Assembly (NCBI GenBank): GCA_045863235.1
Contig: BTUM01000001.1
Location: 320,001-384,000, forward strand
From: Candidatus Xenobia bacterium
GTDB lineage: Bacteria; Vulcanimicrobiota; Xenobia; Xenobiales; QWHO01
Length of the DNA: 64,000 nt
Direction: 5' to 3'
In this document: piece by piece, positions 18,727-28,330 of the stretch
Layout of the letters: every line of letters begins with the position of its first letter
Numbering within the stretch: the first letter of the stretch is position 1
Made by a program: the position numbers and the translations under genes
Notes under the pieces: generated by a model
Told to the model about the DNA's origin: nothing
What the model saw: the letters and a program-made list of their open reading frames with translations, nothing else
Databases searched by the model: none

Positions 18727-21700
18727 ATGTACCTGAAACGTTTAGAGCTTTCCGGCTTCAAAACCTTTGCCGACAAGATCGACCTGGAGTTGCCCCGAGG
18801 CTTTCTGGCCGTGGTCGGCCCCAACGGAAGCGGCAAGAGCAACCTCACCGACGCGCTGCGCTTCTGCCTGGGCGAGCAGAGCCTCAAAGTGCTGCGGGCC
18901 AACAAAGCCGAAGAGCTGATCTTCGCCGGCACCAATAACCGGCGTCCGGCCCCCTTTTGCGAAGTGAGCGCGGTGTTCGACAACTCCGACGGCCATCTAC
19001 CGGTCGATTTCGCAGAGGTTTCCATCACCCGCCGCATCGAGCGCAGCGGCGACACCAAGTATTTCATCAACCGCACCACCTGCCGGCTCAAGGACATCCA
19101 CGAGCTCTTGATGGGCAGCGGCATCGGTCCGGGCTCGTTCTCGGTCCTGGGCGGGCGCGAGGTGGACCGGGTGCTGTCCACCGACCCCAAGGAGCGGCGA
19201 ATGATGCTCGAGGAGACGGCCGGCGTCAACCGCTACCGCTTCCGCAAGCAGGAAGCCGAGCGGCGCCTGCAGCGCACGGCCGCCAACCTGACCCGGCTCA
19301 AGGACATCCTGATCGAGGTCGAGCAACAGTGGGAGGAGAGCAAGAAGCAGCTCGCCCGCTACGAGCGCTACAAGAAAGCCCAGGACGAGCTGAAAGAGCT
19401 CGATTGCCAGGTGGCCCACTTCGACTACAGCCAGCTGGAAGGAAAGCGCGTCCTGCTGCAGGGCCGCGTGGAGGAGCTGGAGGGGGTGGCGACCGCCAGC
19501 GCCGCCAGCGAAGCCGAGCTCTCCACCAGGCTCGAGCTCCTGCAGGAGAAGCGGACCACGCAGGAGGCTGAACGCGAGCGCCAGGGCGCCGAACTGGCCG
19601 CCATGCGCGAGGAGTCCGTGGCCAAGAAGGCCGCCTACGACGGGCTCTTCGGACGGGCCCGCGATCTGGAGCATTCGGCCCGGGTAGCCGAAGAGCGCCT
19701 GCAAGCGGCTCAGGACCGGCTGACCCTGCGCAGCCACGACCTGGACCGGTTGGGACGCGAGCGTCCTCGCCTGCTGGCCGAGGTCGCCGAGGCAGAAGAG
19801 CGCGTGAGGAAGCTGCGCGCCGAGTGGGAAGCGCTGCCCTTGCCCGGCCAGGGGGCCCACGGCGACCTGCGCGCCAAATTGCAGCAACTCGACCAGGAGC
19901 TGAGCCGCCTGATGGCCCGGGTCGAGAGCCTGCAGACCCGACTGGATACCGACCAGCGCCGCATGGACGAGATCGAGGCTTTGAGCCTGGCCGCCCGGGG
20001 TGAAGCCGGCGAGGCGGTCGATCTGGCTCCTCTGGTGGGCGACGCCGAAGGGCGCCTGAATGCGGCCCTGGAACGGCAGAAGGAGCTGCAGACCGCCTGG
20101 ACCGCCAGCGAGAAAGACCTGATGGACGCGCGCAACAACCGCAAGGTGCTCGAGAACGAGCGTCGGCCGCTGTTCACGCGCTGCACCGAGCTCGAATCCT
20201 TCCTGGAGGACCGCAGTGGCATGCCGGCCGCGGTGCGGGCGGTGATGGCCTGGAAACAGCCCGGCACCGTCGGGCTGGTGGGCGAGTTGATCAAAGTGCG
20301 CGAGGGCATGGAAGTGGCCGTGGAGGCCGCCCTGGGCGGACATATGCACGACGTCATCACGCGTGACCGCAGCACCGCCTCGGGGCTGATCGAGCGGCTC
20401 AAGCAAGAGCGCATCGGGCGGGTCACCTTCTGGCCCCTGGACCTCTCGCGCAAGGCCGCTCCCAAACCTGAGCTGCCCTCGCGCCAGGGGGTCGTGGGGC
20501 TGGCCCTGGAGCTGATCGGCTACCCCAAGGAAATCCTGCCGGTGCTGGAAGAGATGCTCGGGCGCACGGTCTTCATGGAGGACCTGCCCTCGGCCCTGGC
20601 GCTCTACGATCGTGGCTTCGGGCGCAGACCCCACCTGGTCACCTTGCAGGGTGAGTACCTGTCCCCCAGCGGCGCCCTGACGGGCGGCAGCCTGGCCCAG
20701 AACCGTTCCAACCTGCTCACACGTCGGCGCCAGCTCGAAGACGCTCGGGCCTCTCTCAACGGGCTGGAGAAGCGCCTGCTAGAGCAGCAAGAGCGTGAAG
20801 AGCACGTGCAGAAGCTGCGCTATGAGCTGGAGCGCGAGAAAGCCCTGTTGGACGAGGAGATCCGCAAGCTGCGCCAGGAGGTGGGCGACCTGACCGCCCA
20901 GCAGCGCCGCCACGAGGCTGACCAGGAGCGTTCCACCAGGGCTCTGGAGAAGCTTGAAGCCGAGCGAGCCGAGCTTGTGCGGCGGGGCGAGCAGTGGGCC
21001 GCCGAGCTGACCCAGTCGGATATCGACCGCGAGCGTCTGCAAGCTGAGCAGGAGAAGACCCGCGAGCTTCAGGCCCAGAACCAGGAGGAGGAGGCCCGCC
21101 GTCAGGTAGCCCGCGAGCGCATGCAGCAACAGGTGCTGGAAGCCGAGCTCGACCTGCAGCGCTGCCAGCAAAAACAGCATGAGCTCGACCGTGAGCTGGC
21201 CTCTATCCAGGCTCGCGCCGACGAGCTGGCGGCCGACCAGGCCCAGGCCCGGGCCGAGCAGGAGCGCTGCTTGCAGGCCCGCAAGGACCTGGAGACGGAA
21301 GGCGCCCAGCTGCAGCAAGACCTGGCCCGCCTGGAGGTGGAGCTGGTCACCCGCTCCACCGCCCTGGAAGAGCTGAAGAGCTCGCTGGCGGCCGTGGACC
21401 GCGAGCTGGGCGAGCTGAAGAAGCAGCATCACGAGGTGGCAGCGAGCGCGGCTGAGCAAGGCCGCAAGCTGCACTCACTGCAGGTGGAGCTGGCCGGAGT
21501 GCAGGCCCGGGCCGAGGAGGCCCTGGCCCGGGTGGAGGAGCTTGGGCTGAGCCTGGACGAGCCCCCGGAGCTACCCGAAGGGATCGACCTGGACAAGATC
21601 CGCACTCAAGCCCAGCGGGTCAAAAGCTATCTGGAGAACTTCGGCAGCGTCAACCTGGGGGCCCGGGAAGACTTCGAGCGCCTGCAAGGACGCCAGGCCG

Positions 21701-22275
21701 ACCTGACCACCCAGATCGCCGACCTGGAGGAGGGCTCCGCCAGCCTGCGCCAGATCATGGCCGAGATGGACGCGGCCACCGTGGAGCAGTTCCAGGCCTC
21801 GTTCACGGCTGTCAACGAGACCTTTAGCCGCATGTACACCGAGCTCTTCGGGGGGGGCACGGCCCAGCTCGAGCTGACCAACCCGGCCGACGTGCTCGAA
21901 TCGGGGGTGGAGATCGTGGCCCGCCCCCCGGGTAAGAAGGTGCAGAACCTGACGTTAATGTCCTCGGGCGAGCGGGCCCTGTCGGCCATCGCCTTCCTGC
22001 TGGCCTTGCTGGCTCACCGTCCCAGCCCCATCGTCATCCTGGACGAGCTGGACGCCCCCCTGGACGACTCCAACGTGGAGAAGGTGGCCGCCCGCCTGCT
22101 CGAGTTCTCGACCTCCTCGCAGTTCCTCTGCATCACCCATAACCGCAAGACAATGGAGTTTGCTGACCGGCTCTACGGCGTCACTATGGAAGAGCCTGGC
22201 GTGAGTCGGATGCTGACAGTGACCCTCAGCGGTCAGCCAGTCAGCGAGCCCCAGGCCCAGGAGGTGACCGCGTGA
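18727..22275 (+). CDS. smc: Chromosome segregation protein SMC
   Basis: MYLKRLEL.GFKTF, GPNGSGKSN, coiled coils, hinge GRVTFWPL, signature LMSSGE, Walker B ILDELDAPLD. Confidence 0.97.
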   Translation: MYLKRLELSGFKTFADKIDLELPRGFLAVVGPNGSGKSNLTDALRFCLGEQSLKVLRANKAEELIFAGTNNRRPAPFCEVSAVFDNSDGHLPVDFAEVSITRRIERSGDTKYFINRTTCRLKDIHELLMGSGIGPGSFSVLGGREVDRVLSTDPKERRMMLEETAGVNRYRFRKQEAERRLQRTAANLTRLKDILIEVEQQWEESKKQLARYERYKKAQDELKELDCQVAHFDYSQLEGKRVLLQGRVEELEGVATASAASEAELSTRLELLQEKRTTQEAERERQGAELAAMREESVAKKAAYDGLFGRARDLEHSARVAEERLQAAQDRLTLRSHDLDRLGRERPRLLAEVAEAEERVRKLRAEWEALPLPGQGAHGDLRAKLQQLDQELSRLMARVESLQTRLDTDQRRMDEIEALSLAARGEAGEAVDLAPLVGDAEGRLNAALERQKELQTAWTASEKDLMDARNNRKVLENERRPLFTRCTELESFLEDRSGMPAAVRAVMAWKQPGTVGLVGELIKVREGMEVAVEAALGGHMHDVITRDRSTASGLIERLKQERIGRVTFWPLDLSRKAAPKPELPSRQGVVGLALELIGYPKEILPVLEEMLGRTVFMEDLPSALALYDRGFGRRPHLVTLQGEYLSPSGALTGGSLAQNRSNLLTRRRQLEDARASLNGLEKRLLEQQEREEHVQKLRYELEREKALLDEEIRKLRQEVGDLTAQQRRHEADQERSTRALEKLEAERAELVRRGEQWAAELTQSDIDRERLQAEQEKTRELQAQNQEEEARRQVARERMQQQVLEAELDLQRCQQKQHELDRELASIQARADELAADQAQARAEQERCLQARKDLETEGAQLQQDLARLEVELVTRSTALEELKSSLAAVDRELGELKKQHHEVAASAAEQGRKLHSLQVELAGVQARAEEALARVEELGLSLDEPPELPEGIDLDKIRTQAQRVKSYLENFGSVNLGAREDFERLQGRQADLTTQIADLEEGSASLRQIMAEMDAATVEQFQASFTAVNETFSRMYTELFGGGTAQLELTNPADVLESGVEIVARPPGKKVQNLTLMSSGERALSAIAFLLALLAHRPSPIVILDELDAPLDDSNVEKVAARLLEFSTSSQFLCITHNRKTMEFADRLYGVTMEEPGVSRMLTVTLSGQPVSEPQAQEVTA

Positions 22276-22961
22276 GCCGCCTGCGCGAGCTGACGGGCAA
22301 GGGTCGCTTTCGCCTGATGGTGAGCCTGCCCAAGAATCGTGTGGATCTGGCCCTGGCGGCGGTCGAGGCGGGGGCCGAGATCCTCAAGGTCCACCTGAAC
22401 TGCCACCACTTCGCCTCAGACACCCGCTTCGGCAGTTGGCGGGACGAACAGCCGGTCCTGCGCAAAATCCTGGACGCGGTCCAGGTTCCGGTCGGAATCG
22501 TCACCGGTGAGGAGACCCAGCCATCGGCCGCGGAGTGGGCCGAGCTGGCCGACTTCGGGTTCGACTTCTGGGACCTCTTCGCGCGCTCTACCGCCCCGGG
22601 GTGCTTCGAGGTCCCTCGCCTGGGCCGCATGGTGGCAGTGGACGACAGCTGGACGGCAGAGATGGTGCAGGACATGGTCAAGCTGGGGGTGGATGTGTTC
22701 GAAGCCTCCATCATCCCGCGCAGCCAGTACCGAACCACCCTCAACCTGGTCGACCTGACCCGCTACGCCGCCTTGAGCCGGGCCGCCGGAGTGCCCATCA
22801 TGGTGCCCAGCCAGAAGGCCGTGCGTCCGGATGAGGTGGGCTGGTTGCGCCGGGTGGGGGCCAGCGGTATCACCATCGGGGCCATCGTCACCGGACTGGA
22901 GCTGGAGAGCCTGAGAGAGGCCACCGCCAGCTTCCGGGCCGCCATCGACGCGCTGGACTGA
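22272..22961 (+). CDS. Conserved hypothetical TIM-barrel (aldolase-like) protein
   Basis: Alternating beta/alpha pattern (SLPKN..ALAAVEAGA.ILKVH). GTGA overlap with smc. Confidence 0.65.
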   Translation: MSRLRELTGKGRFRLMVSLPKNRVDLALAAVEAGAEILKVHLNCHHFASDTRFGSWRDEQPVLRKILDAVQVPVGIVTGEETQPSAAEWAELADFGFDFWDLFARSTAPGCFEVPRLGRMVAVDDSWTAEMVQDMVKLGVDVFEASIIPRSQYRTTLNLVDLTRYAALSRAAGVPIMVPSQKAVRPDEVGWLRRVGASGITIGAIVTGLELESLREATASFRAAIDALD

Positions 22962-22964
22962 GCC

Positions 22965-24326
22965 TTGTCCATCCTGCTCGTCCCGCTGGACGACCGCCCC
23001 TGCTGCACCCAGTTCGTCCAGCGCCTGGCAGCCATGGCCGGGCGGGAGCTGGTCCTCCCCGACCGACTGGGAAACTTCCTCAGCCCGGGAGACCCCGAGG
23101 CCATGCTGGCGGCCATGGACGAGCCTCACGAAGCCCTCCTGGTCTCGTTGGACATGGTGGCCTGGGGAGGGCTGGTGGCCTCCAGGGCTCAGAAGGAGCC
23201 ACTGGAAACGGCCCGAGAGCGGCTAGAAAGGGCGGCCTTGCTGGCCTCCGGCCGCCCGGCCTGCGCTTTTCAGTCCATCATGCGGACCGCGCCTACCCAG
23301 ACCAGTCGTCAGGAGGTCGAGCTGGCCGAGAAGCTGGTCGAGCTCTCGGTCCTGACGGCCCGCCGAGATCCCCGCGCCTCGGCCTTACGGGCCACCTTGC
23401 CAGCGGACTACCTGGAAGACTACCTGACTCGCCGCAAGCGGGCTCACCAGCTCAATCGCCTGGCCATCGATCAGGCTGGTCAGGGTAGCTGGAGAGAGCT
23501 TCTTCTGGGTATCGACGACAGCCGGACCGAGGGTTGGAACGTGCTGGAGATCCTGGAGTTGGAGCCGCTGCTGCCTTCGAACGCCAGCATCGCTCCGGGC
23601 ACCGACGAGATGGCCCTGCTCTTGTTCACCCGTCTGGTCAGACTGACCCGGGCCATTCAGGTCCTCTGGTTCCCTGACGAGTCCGCCCGGCGGGTGGGGC
23701 GATACGAAGACCGTTCCCTCCTGCGAGTGGTCCAGGCCCAGGCCCGTGCCGCCGGACTGACGCTGGGTGCATCCCGCCGCCAGCTCTGGGTCTACGGTCC
23801 CCTGGGGGACCAGGGGGAGGCCTGCGAGCAGCCCGCCGACGGGTCGGAACGGGCCGACGCCTTCGTCAACAAGCTGCGCGAAGGCCTGGAAGGCGGGCTC
23901 GAGATCGCCGTCGCAGACGTTGCCCATGCCAATGGCGGCGATCTGCCGCTGCTCCAATCTCTGGTGGCCTCTGGCCTGGCGCCGCAATTGATCGGCTACG
24001 CCGCCTGGAACACCGCCGGCAACACTCTGGGAACGGCTCTGAGCGTGCTGGGCTGCTGGCCCGAGCAAGCCGGGCCGGCCCAACAACGGGCGCGACTTCG
24101 ATTCTTGATGGAGCGGCTGCTCGACGACGGCTACTACCAGGCCGAGATCCGTCAGCACGGCGGAACAGCCGGACTCAAGGACGTGCCCCAAAGCCAGCTC
24201 GACTCGATCCGACGGGAGCTGAGCCAGCGACTGGACAGATTGACCAGCGCGGGATTTCCTTCCGAACGGCTTCAGGTCGAGCTTCCCTGGGGTCGCCTGT
24301 TCGAAGTGCGACTCCAGGTCGCCTAG
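22965..24326 (+). CDS. DUF4127 family protein
   Basis: LVPLDDRP, SLDM..GGLVASR, PGTDE, VADVAHANG, YAAWNTAGN, LPWGRLFE. Confidence 0.8.
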   Translation: MSILLVPLDDRPCCTQFVQRLAAMAGRELVLPDRLGNFLSPGDPEAMLAAMDEPHEALLVSLDMVAWGGLVASRAQKEPLETARERLERAALLASGRPACAFQSIMRTAPTQTSRQEVELAEKLVELSVLTARRDPRASALRATLPADYLEDYLTRRKRAHQLNRLAIDQAGQGSWRELLLGIDDSRTEGWNVLEILELEPLLPSNASIAPGTDEMALLLFTRLVRLTRAIQVLWFPDESARRVGRYEDRSLLRVVQAQARAAGLTLGASRRQLWVYGPLGDQGEACEQPADGSERADAFVNKLREGLEGGLEIAVADVAHANGGDLPLLQSLVASGLAPQLIGYAAWNTAGNTLGTALSVLGCWPEQAGPAQQRARLRFLMERLLDDGYYQAEIRQHGGTAGLKDVPQSQLDSIRRELSQRLDRLTSAGFPSERLQVELPWGRLFEVRLQVA

Positions 24327-26281
24327 TCGGACCAGGCTCCATACCAGAGAGCGGCCCCATCACTGCGAGCCTGCAGTGGCCCGTCCCTTTCCAGGTCCCA
24401 CGAGCCCTCGGGCAATTCCACCCGTGAGCCCTCCAACTGAAGGCTGGCTTTGCGTCTCCAGCCCCACTGCATTCGACCAGCCTGAATGAGCAGACTGGAA
24501 GGCTCGCTGATCACGCGCATGGGACCGAGCTGGGCCTGCTCACGCTCCAGGCTATCCAGACTGATCTCCAGATCGGCCCGAGCCACCCCCTGATCGCGCA
24601 AAAGCTCGCGCGAGCTACCCTCGAGACGAGCAGTTTCCCTGATCAGCAGGTGCTTTCCGTCCACGGTCAACCAGACCACCGCTCCCTGGGGAAGGTAAGC
24701 GTGACGAATGGTCAGGGTCTTCTCCATCTGACCAACCTGAAAGGTCAGACTCACCAGCGAAACGACCAGACAGACCAGTCCCAGACCACGCCTGGAGGGT
24801 ACCAGCAGCAAACCCAGACCGGCCCCATAGAAGAGCCAGAAGTCCAGTCCGGGCGTGGGAAGCCCAACGGGGGGAAGCACACGGGCCAGAACCTGGGGAA
24901 GGGTGATCAACAAGTCCAACCCGAGCTGGGTGAGGCCGATCAGAGGAGCCGCCAGGCGACTATCCAGACCGATCAACCCTGAAGTGAAGAATCCGAGAGG
25001 CAGGAGGGCTTCAGCCAGGGGTGCCAGCAGCAAGTTGGCCGGCAGAATGGCCGGGGGGAGTTGATGGAAGGAGTGAAGGAGGAGGGGGGTGACCGGGAGA
25101 CAGGCGGCCAGAGTGAGGGAGGAGGCCCGAGAGAGCCAGTTGAGGGCGCGATTTCGGAAGCGAAAAGTGAGGGAGGGCCCGTAGGCAAGCAGGCCCAGAA
25201 CGGCTGCGAAGCTGAGTTGGAATCCCAGGTCGGACCAGACGCCAGGGTCGGCCAGAGTGCAGGCCAGGGTCGTGAGGAGGAAAGTCTGCCAGCCGTCCGA
25301 GCGGCGGCCGAGCGCCTGGGCCAGGAGGGCGAACAGGGCCATGAGGGTCGCTCGCACGATCGAGGGGGAGGCGCCGGCCAGGAGGCAGTAAAAGGTCACC
25401 GCGCAGGCGGCCGGACAGGCAAGCCGGTAGGAGCTGTAGCCGAGCCTTCGGCCGGGCCAGAAAATGAGGGAGGTCACGATGGCCACATTCAGACCCGAGG
25501 CGGCCAGAAGATGGCTCAGACCGACGGCCCGAAAGTCCTGCTCGACCTCAGCTGGCAGCTCGCCGGTCTCACCCAGCAGAATGCCTGCCAACAAGCCCCG
25601 CTGGGCCTGAGAATAGTGTGGTCGGAGGCTCTGCAGCAGGTCGAGCCGCAGGCGGCAGGCGATCTGCCAGGGGCTCCAGCCTGCGGGCGGTCCGAGCCGA
25701 TCGCAATCAGCCGGAGCAAGCCTGAGCTGATGGTGGATCCCTCTGTGCGCCGCCCAGACCCGGGCATCGAAGCTCCCGGGATAGGCTGGCCCGGCCAGTG
25801 GACGCAGACGACCCGTCAGGCGCCAACTCTCGCCGGGCGCCACCTCGGGCAGGAACTCCGCGGGCCCCCGCACCTCAACCAGGACACGGAACGGGCCCAG
25901 TCGCGGCCGACCTTCCACCCGCTCGACCTGAAAGGGAAAGCGAACCTTGCCCCCCTGGCAGCGTGCCGGTTCCAGCACCTGGCCGCTGCAGTCGAGCTCA
26001 TGGCCGTCGTAACCCGCGGCCGGGTCGTGGGCCCGGGCTCGCGCCGCCATGCTCTCGCGGGCGTAGCCCAGAGCGGTGAAAGCGACCACCAGCAGCAAGG
26101 TCGCTGCCTGGCGCCGAAACCAGGCTTGATCGGGTCCGGCCGCTAGCGCCGCCAGGCAACCCGCTCCGGCCACCAGTCCGGTAACAAGGGCCAGTGCCCC
26201 CGGCCCCTTCTCGACCAGCATGACCCCGGCAATGGCTCCCAGGCAAGCCCATAAAACCTGGCGTTGAGTCAGCTCCTGCAC
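24323..26281 (-). CDS. comEC: ComEC/Rec2 competence DNA-uptake membrane protein
   Basis: OB/DUF4131 region, PGSFD, GLSHLLAASGLN, SIVRATLM, GFQLSF. Confidence 0.9.
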   Translation of the reverse strand: MQELTQRQVLWACLGAIAGVMLVEKGPGALALVTGLVAGAGCLAALAAGPDQAWFRRQAATLLLVVAFTALGYARESMAARARAHDPAAGYDGHELDCSGQVLEPARCQGGKVRFPFQVERVEGRPRLGPFRVLVEVRGPAEFLPEVAPGESWRLTGRLRPLAGPAYPGSFDARVWAAHRGIHHQLRLAPADCDRLGPPAGWSPWQIACRLRLDLLQSLRPHYSQAQRGLLAGILLGETGELPAEVEQDFRAVGLSHLLAASGLNVAIVTSLIFWPGRRLGYSSYRLACPAACAVTFYCLLAGASPSIVRATLMALFALLAQALGRRSDGWQTFLLTTLACTLADPGVWSDLGFQLSFAAVLGLLAYGPSLTFRFRNRALNWLSRASSLTLAACLPVTPLLLHSFHQLPPAILPANLLLAPLAEALLPLGFFTSGLIGLDSRLAAPLIGLTQLGLDLLITLPQVLARVLPPVGLPTPGLDFWLFYGAGLGLLLVPSRRGLGLVCLVVSLVSLTFQVGQMEKTLTIRHAYLPQGAVVWLTVDGKHLLIRETARLEGSSRELLRDQGVARADLEISLDSLEREQAQLGPMRVISEPSSLLIQAGRMQWGWRRKASLQLEGSRVELPEGSWDLERDGPLQARSDGAALWYGAWSD

Positions 26282-26299
26282 ATCTTCATGGTGAGGCGC

Positions 26300-26480
26300 G
26301 GTTGTTACCCGGAGACTGCCGACCTCTTGCCGTACTGTTGCGAACTTGTAACCAGAAGTTGAACGAGCGTGCCTTTCGATGCGCCCTGGTCACCGGGCTC
26401 ATGAAATCGGCGGGTTCCCAGAACCCCCAGACATGGCCCATGGACCCCTGGCTCGAAAGATCCCGGGGCTGATTACAACC
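26300..26480 (-). ncRNA. Putative 6S RNA-like long hairpin RNA
   Basis: About 180 nt intergenic with self-pairing ends and an imperfect apical stem. Motif order GGGAACC...GGCAC...GGTTACAA...ACGGCA resembles Firmicute 6S RNA. Confidence 0.45.
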
Positions 26481-26493
26481 AGGCCCTGCCAGA

Positions 26494-27411
26494 TCAACCT
26501 GGCTGGAGCAACACCTTCAAAACGCCCGGAGCGGCAGCCCGCTCGAAGGCTTCCAGGCCCTCTTGAAGAGCAAAGGTATGCTCAACCAGGGGATCGACCA
26601 GAACCCGCCCGGTGGCCAGCGCTTCGATGGCCGGGGGAAAGGGACCACAGCGAGAGCCCTGCAGCCTGATCTCCTTGACCATCAAACGAGAGGCCTGCAG
26701 GGGCGAAGGCTCGAGCCAACTCGATTTGAGAACGACGGTACCCAGCGGGCGCACGAGTTCGAGGGCAAGGTCTAGCAATGCCGGAGCGCCACTACACTCC
26801 ACGACCAGGTCAAAGCTCTCCGCGTCGAGCTCCTGGCGGCTGCCCACCCACCGCAAACCCAGTCTCTTCAGCAGGGCTTGCTTGGAGGGGCGCCGGCTGA
26901 GGACAGTGACCTCGGGGAGGAGCTGAGCCACCAGCAGCCCGAGCTTGCCATCTCCCAGCACCAGGGAACGCCCTGCAGTCTCAACCTGCTCAAGGATCCG
27001 AAAGGCCGCCGCCAGCGGTTCGACAAACACGGCCTGCACATCGCTCACACCGGCAGGCAGATGGTGCAGATTCTCGCGTGGAACGGCTATCCTCTGAGAG
27101 AATGCCCCGTGCTTGCCTCGGATGCCCAGCACCCTGCGCTCGGAGCAGTGGTTCCCCAGGCCCGACCGGCACCGGGCACAGACCCTGCAGGGACAGTTGA
27201 TCTCGGCCACCACCCGCCGACCCTCAACCAGGCCGACGAACTCGTGGCCCGGGATGCCCCGGAATCCTGCATAACCAGCAAGCAGCTGCAGATCGGTGCC
27301 GCAGATTCCGGCCAGGAGTACATCCACCACGACCTCACCCTCACCGGGAATCGGGTCCGGGCAATCAGGCCGGAACGCGAGCGTCCCGTTCTCGAGCCAC
27401 AGCGCCCGCAG
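26494..27411 (-). CDS. Zinc-dependent medium-chain alcohol dehydrogenase (probable CTG start)
   Basis: GICGTD, PGHEFVG, CRVCARC..NHC, GDGKLG. The frame extends upstream to (L)RALWLENG at CTG 27411. Confidence 0.88.
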   Translation of the reverse strand: MRALWLENGTLAFRPDCPDPIPGEGEVVVDVLLAGICGTDLQLLAGYAGFRGIPGHEFVGLVEGRRVVAEINCPCRVCARCRSGLGNHCSERRVLGIRGKHGAFSQRIAVPRENLHHLPAGVSDVQAVFVEPLAAAFRILEQVETAGRSLVLGDGKLGLLVAQLLPEVTVLSRRPSKQALLKRLGLRWVGSRQELDAESFDLVVECSGAPALLDLALELVRPLGTVVLKSSWLEPSPLQASRLMVKEIRLQGSRCGPFPPAIEALATGRVLVDPLVEHTFALQEGLEAFERAAAPGVLKVLLQPG

Positions 27412-28110
27412 CTACAGACTCCGCTGCCAGAGAGCAAGCATCTGGCCGGCAGCCAGGGTGAATGCCAGAACCCCGACCAGCCAGACCAGCCAGCCTGACG
27501 AGGCGGCCTTGGAGGCGGGTCGTTCGGCGGAATAAGTCACCTCCGGGGCAGGTCGAGGATTCTCCTCCATCAGCTGCAGACGCTGAAAGAGCTGCTGATT
27601 GAAGCGCTCGAACCCCTGAGCCATCCCCTCCCAACGCCCGGCCTGAGTGCGAGCTGCGATCAGCTCTTGAGTGCGCTCCTCACAACGGTCGCGTTCCTTC
27701 TGTAGTTCCTCGCGCAGGCGGTCGAGCTCGACCCGAATGTACTCACTGAGCTCGGGTACGCTGGCCGGACCTTCCTCACTGGGGGAGGCGGGAGGGAGTG
27801 GGGGCTCCAGGTCGGCCCCGCCGGCAGCGCAGGCGACCCGCAGGGAACGGGGCTCCACCAGGTAGACGAAACCGGTGCGAGTGCGCACTTTCCGACTCTC
27901 GACCTTTCTCGCTTTGACCAGCCTTCGAATGGTTTGCTCGCTCTTGTCCACCGCCAGGGCGGCCTCTCGCAGAGTCAGATAACCGCCGGTGTCCAGCATG
28001 GTCTGCCCGGTCGGATCGAGCTCGACCGGGGTAACCAGACTATCCACAGCATCGTGCTCCCCGGAGTCTGTTTCATTGACTTCACTGATTTCGGTCATCG
28101 TGGCGACCAT
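27412..28110 (-). CDS. HTH plus coiled-coil plus C-terminal TM protein
   Basis: YLTLREAA...SEQTIRRLVK (MerR/excisionase-like HTH), heptad coiled coil, WLVWLVGVLAFTLAAG. AGGAGG 9 nt upstream. Confidence 0.75.
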   Translation of the reverse strand: MVATMTEISEVNETDSGEHDAVDSLVTPVELDPTGQTMLDTGGYLTLREAALAVDKSEQTIRRLVKARKVESRKVRTRTGFVYLVEPRSLRVACAAGGADLEPPLPPASPSEEGPASVPELSEYIRVELDRLREELQKERDRCEERTQELIAARTQAGRWEGMAQGFERFNQQLFQRLQLMEENPRPAPEVTYSAERPASKAASSGWLVWLVGVLAFTLAAGQMLALWQRSL

Positions 28111-28250
28111 CGCGCTTCGCCTCCTAAGAAAACTACTCAAGCTAGTCTTAGCTCAAGAGCAAGAATTTCCTTCAAGGACCCGAGCTGAAAAGCGAACCGC
28201 CTTTCCTGGCTTATCACAGAAAGGAAAACCGCCAGAAAGCAAGAAATCAA

Positions 28251-28276
28251 GACTTTGTGAGAAACTTCACAAAGTC
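28251..28276. promoter_or_regulatory. Putative Rex operator
   Basis: GACTTTGTGA-gaaact-TCACAAAGTC. The core TTGTGAG-AAAC-TTCACAA matches TTGTGAA-N4-TTCACAA at 13 of 14 positions. Confidence 0.75.
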
Positions 28277-28330
28277 GTCCCCAGGCCGATTTGAAGCCTG
28301 TTTCAGCGTCTGGACAGCGAGTTTTCCTTG

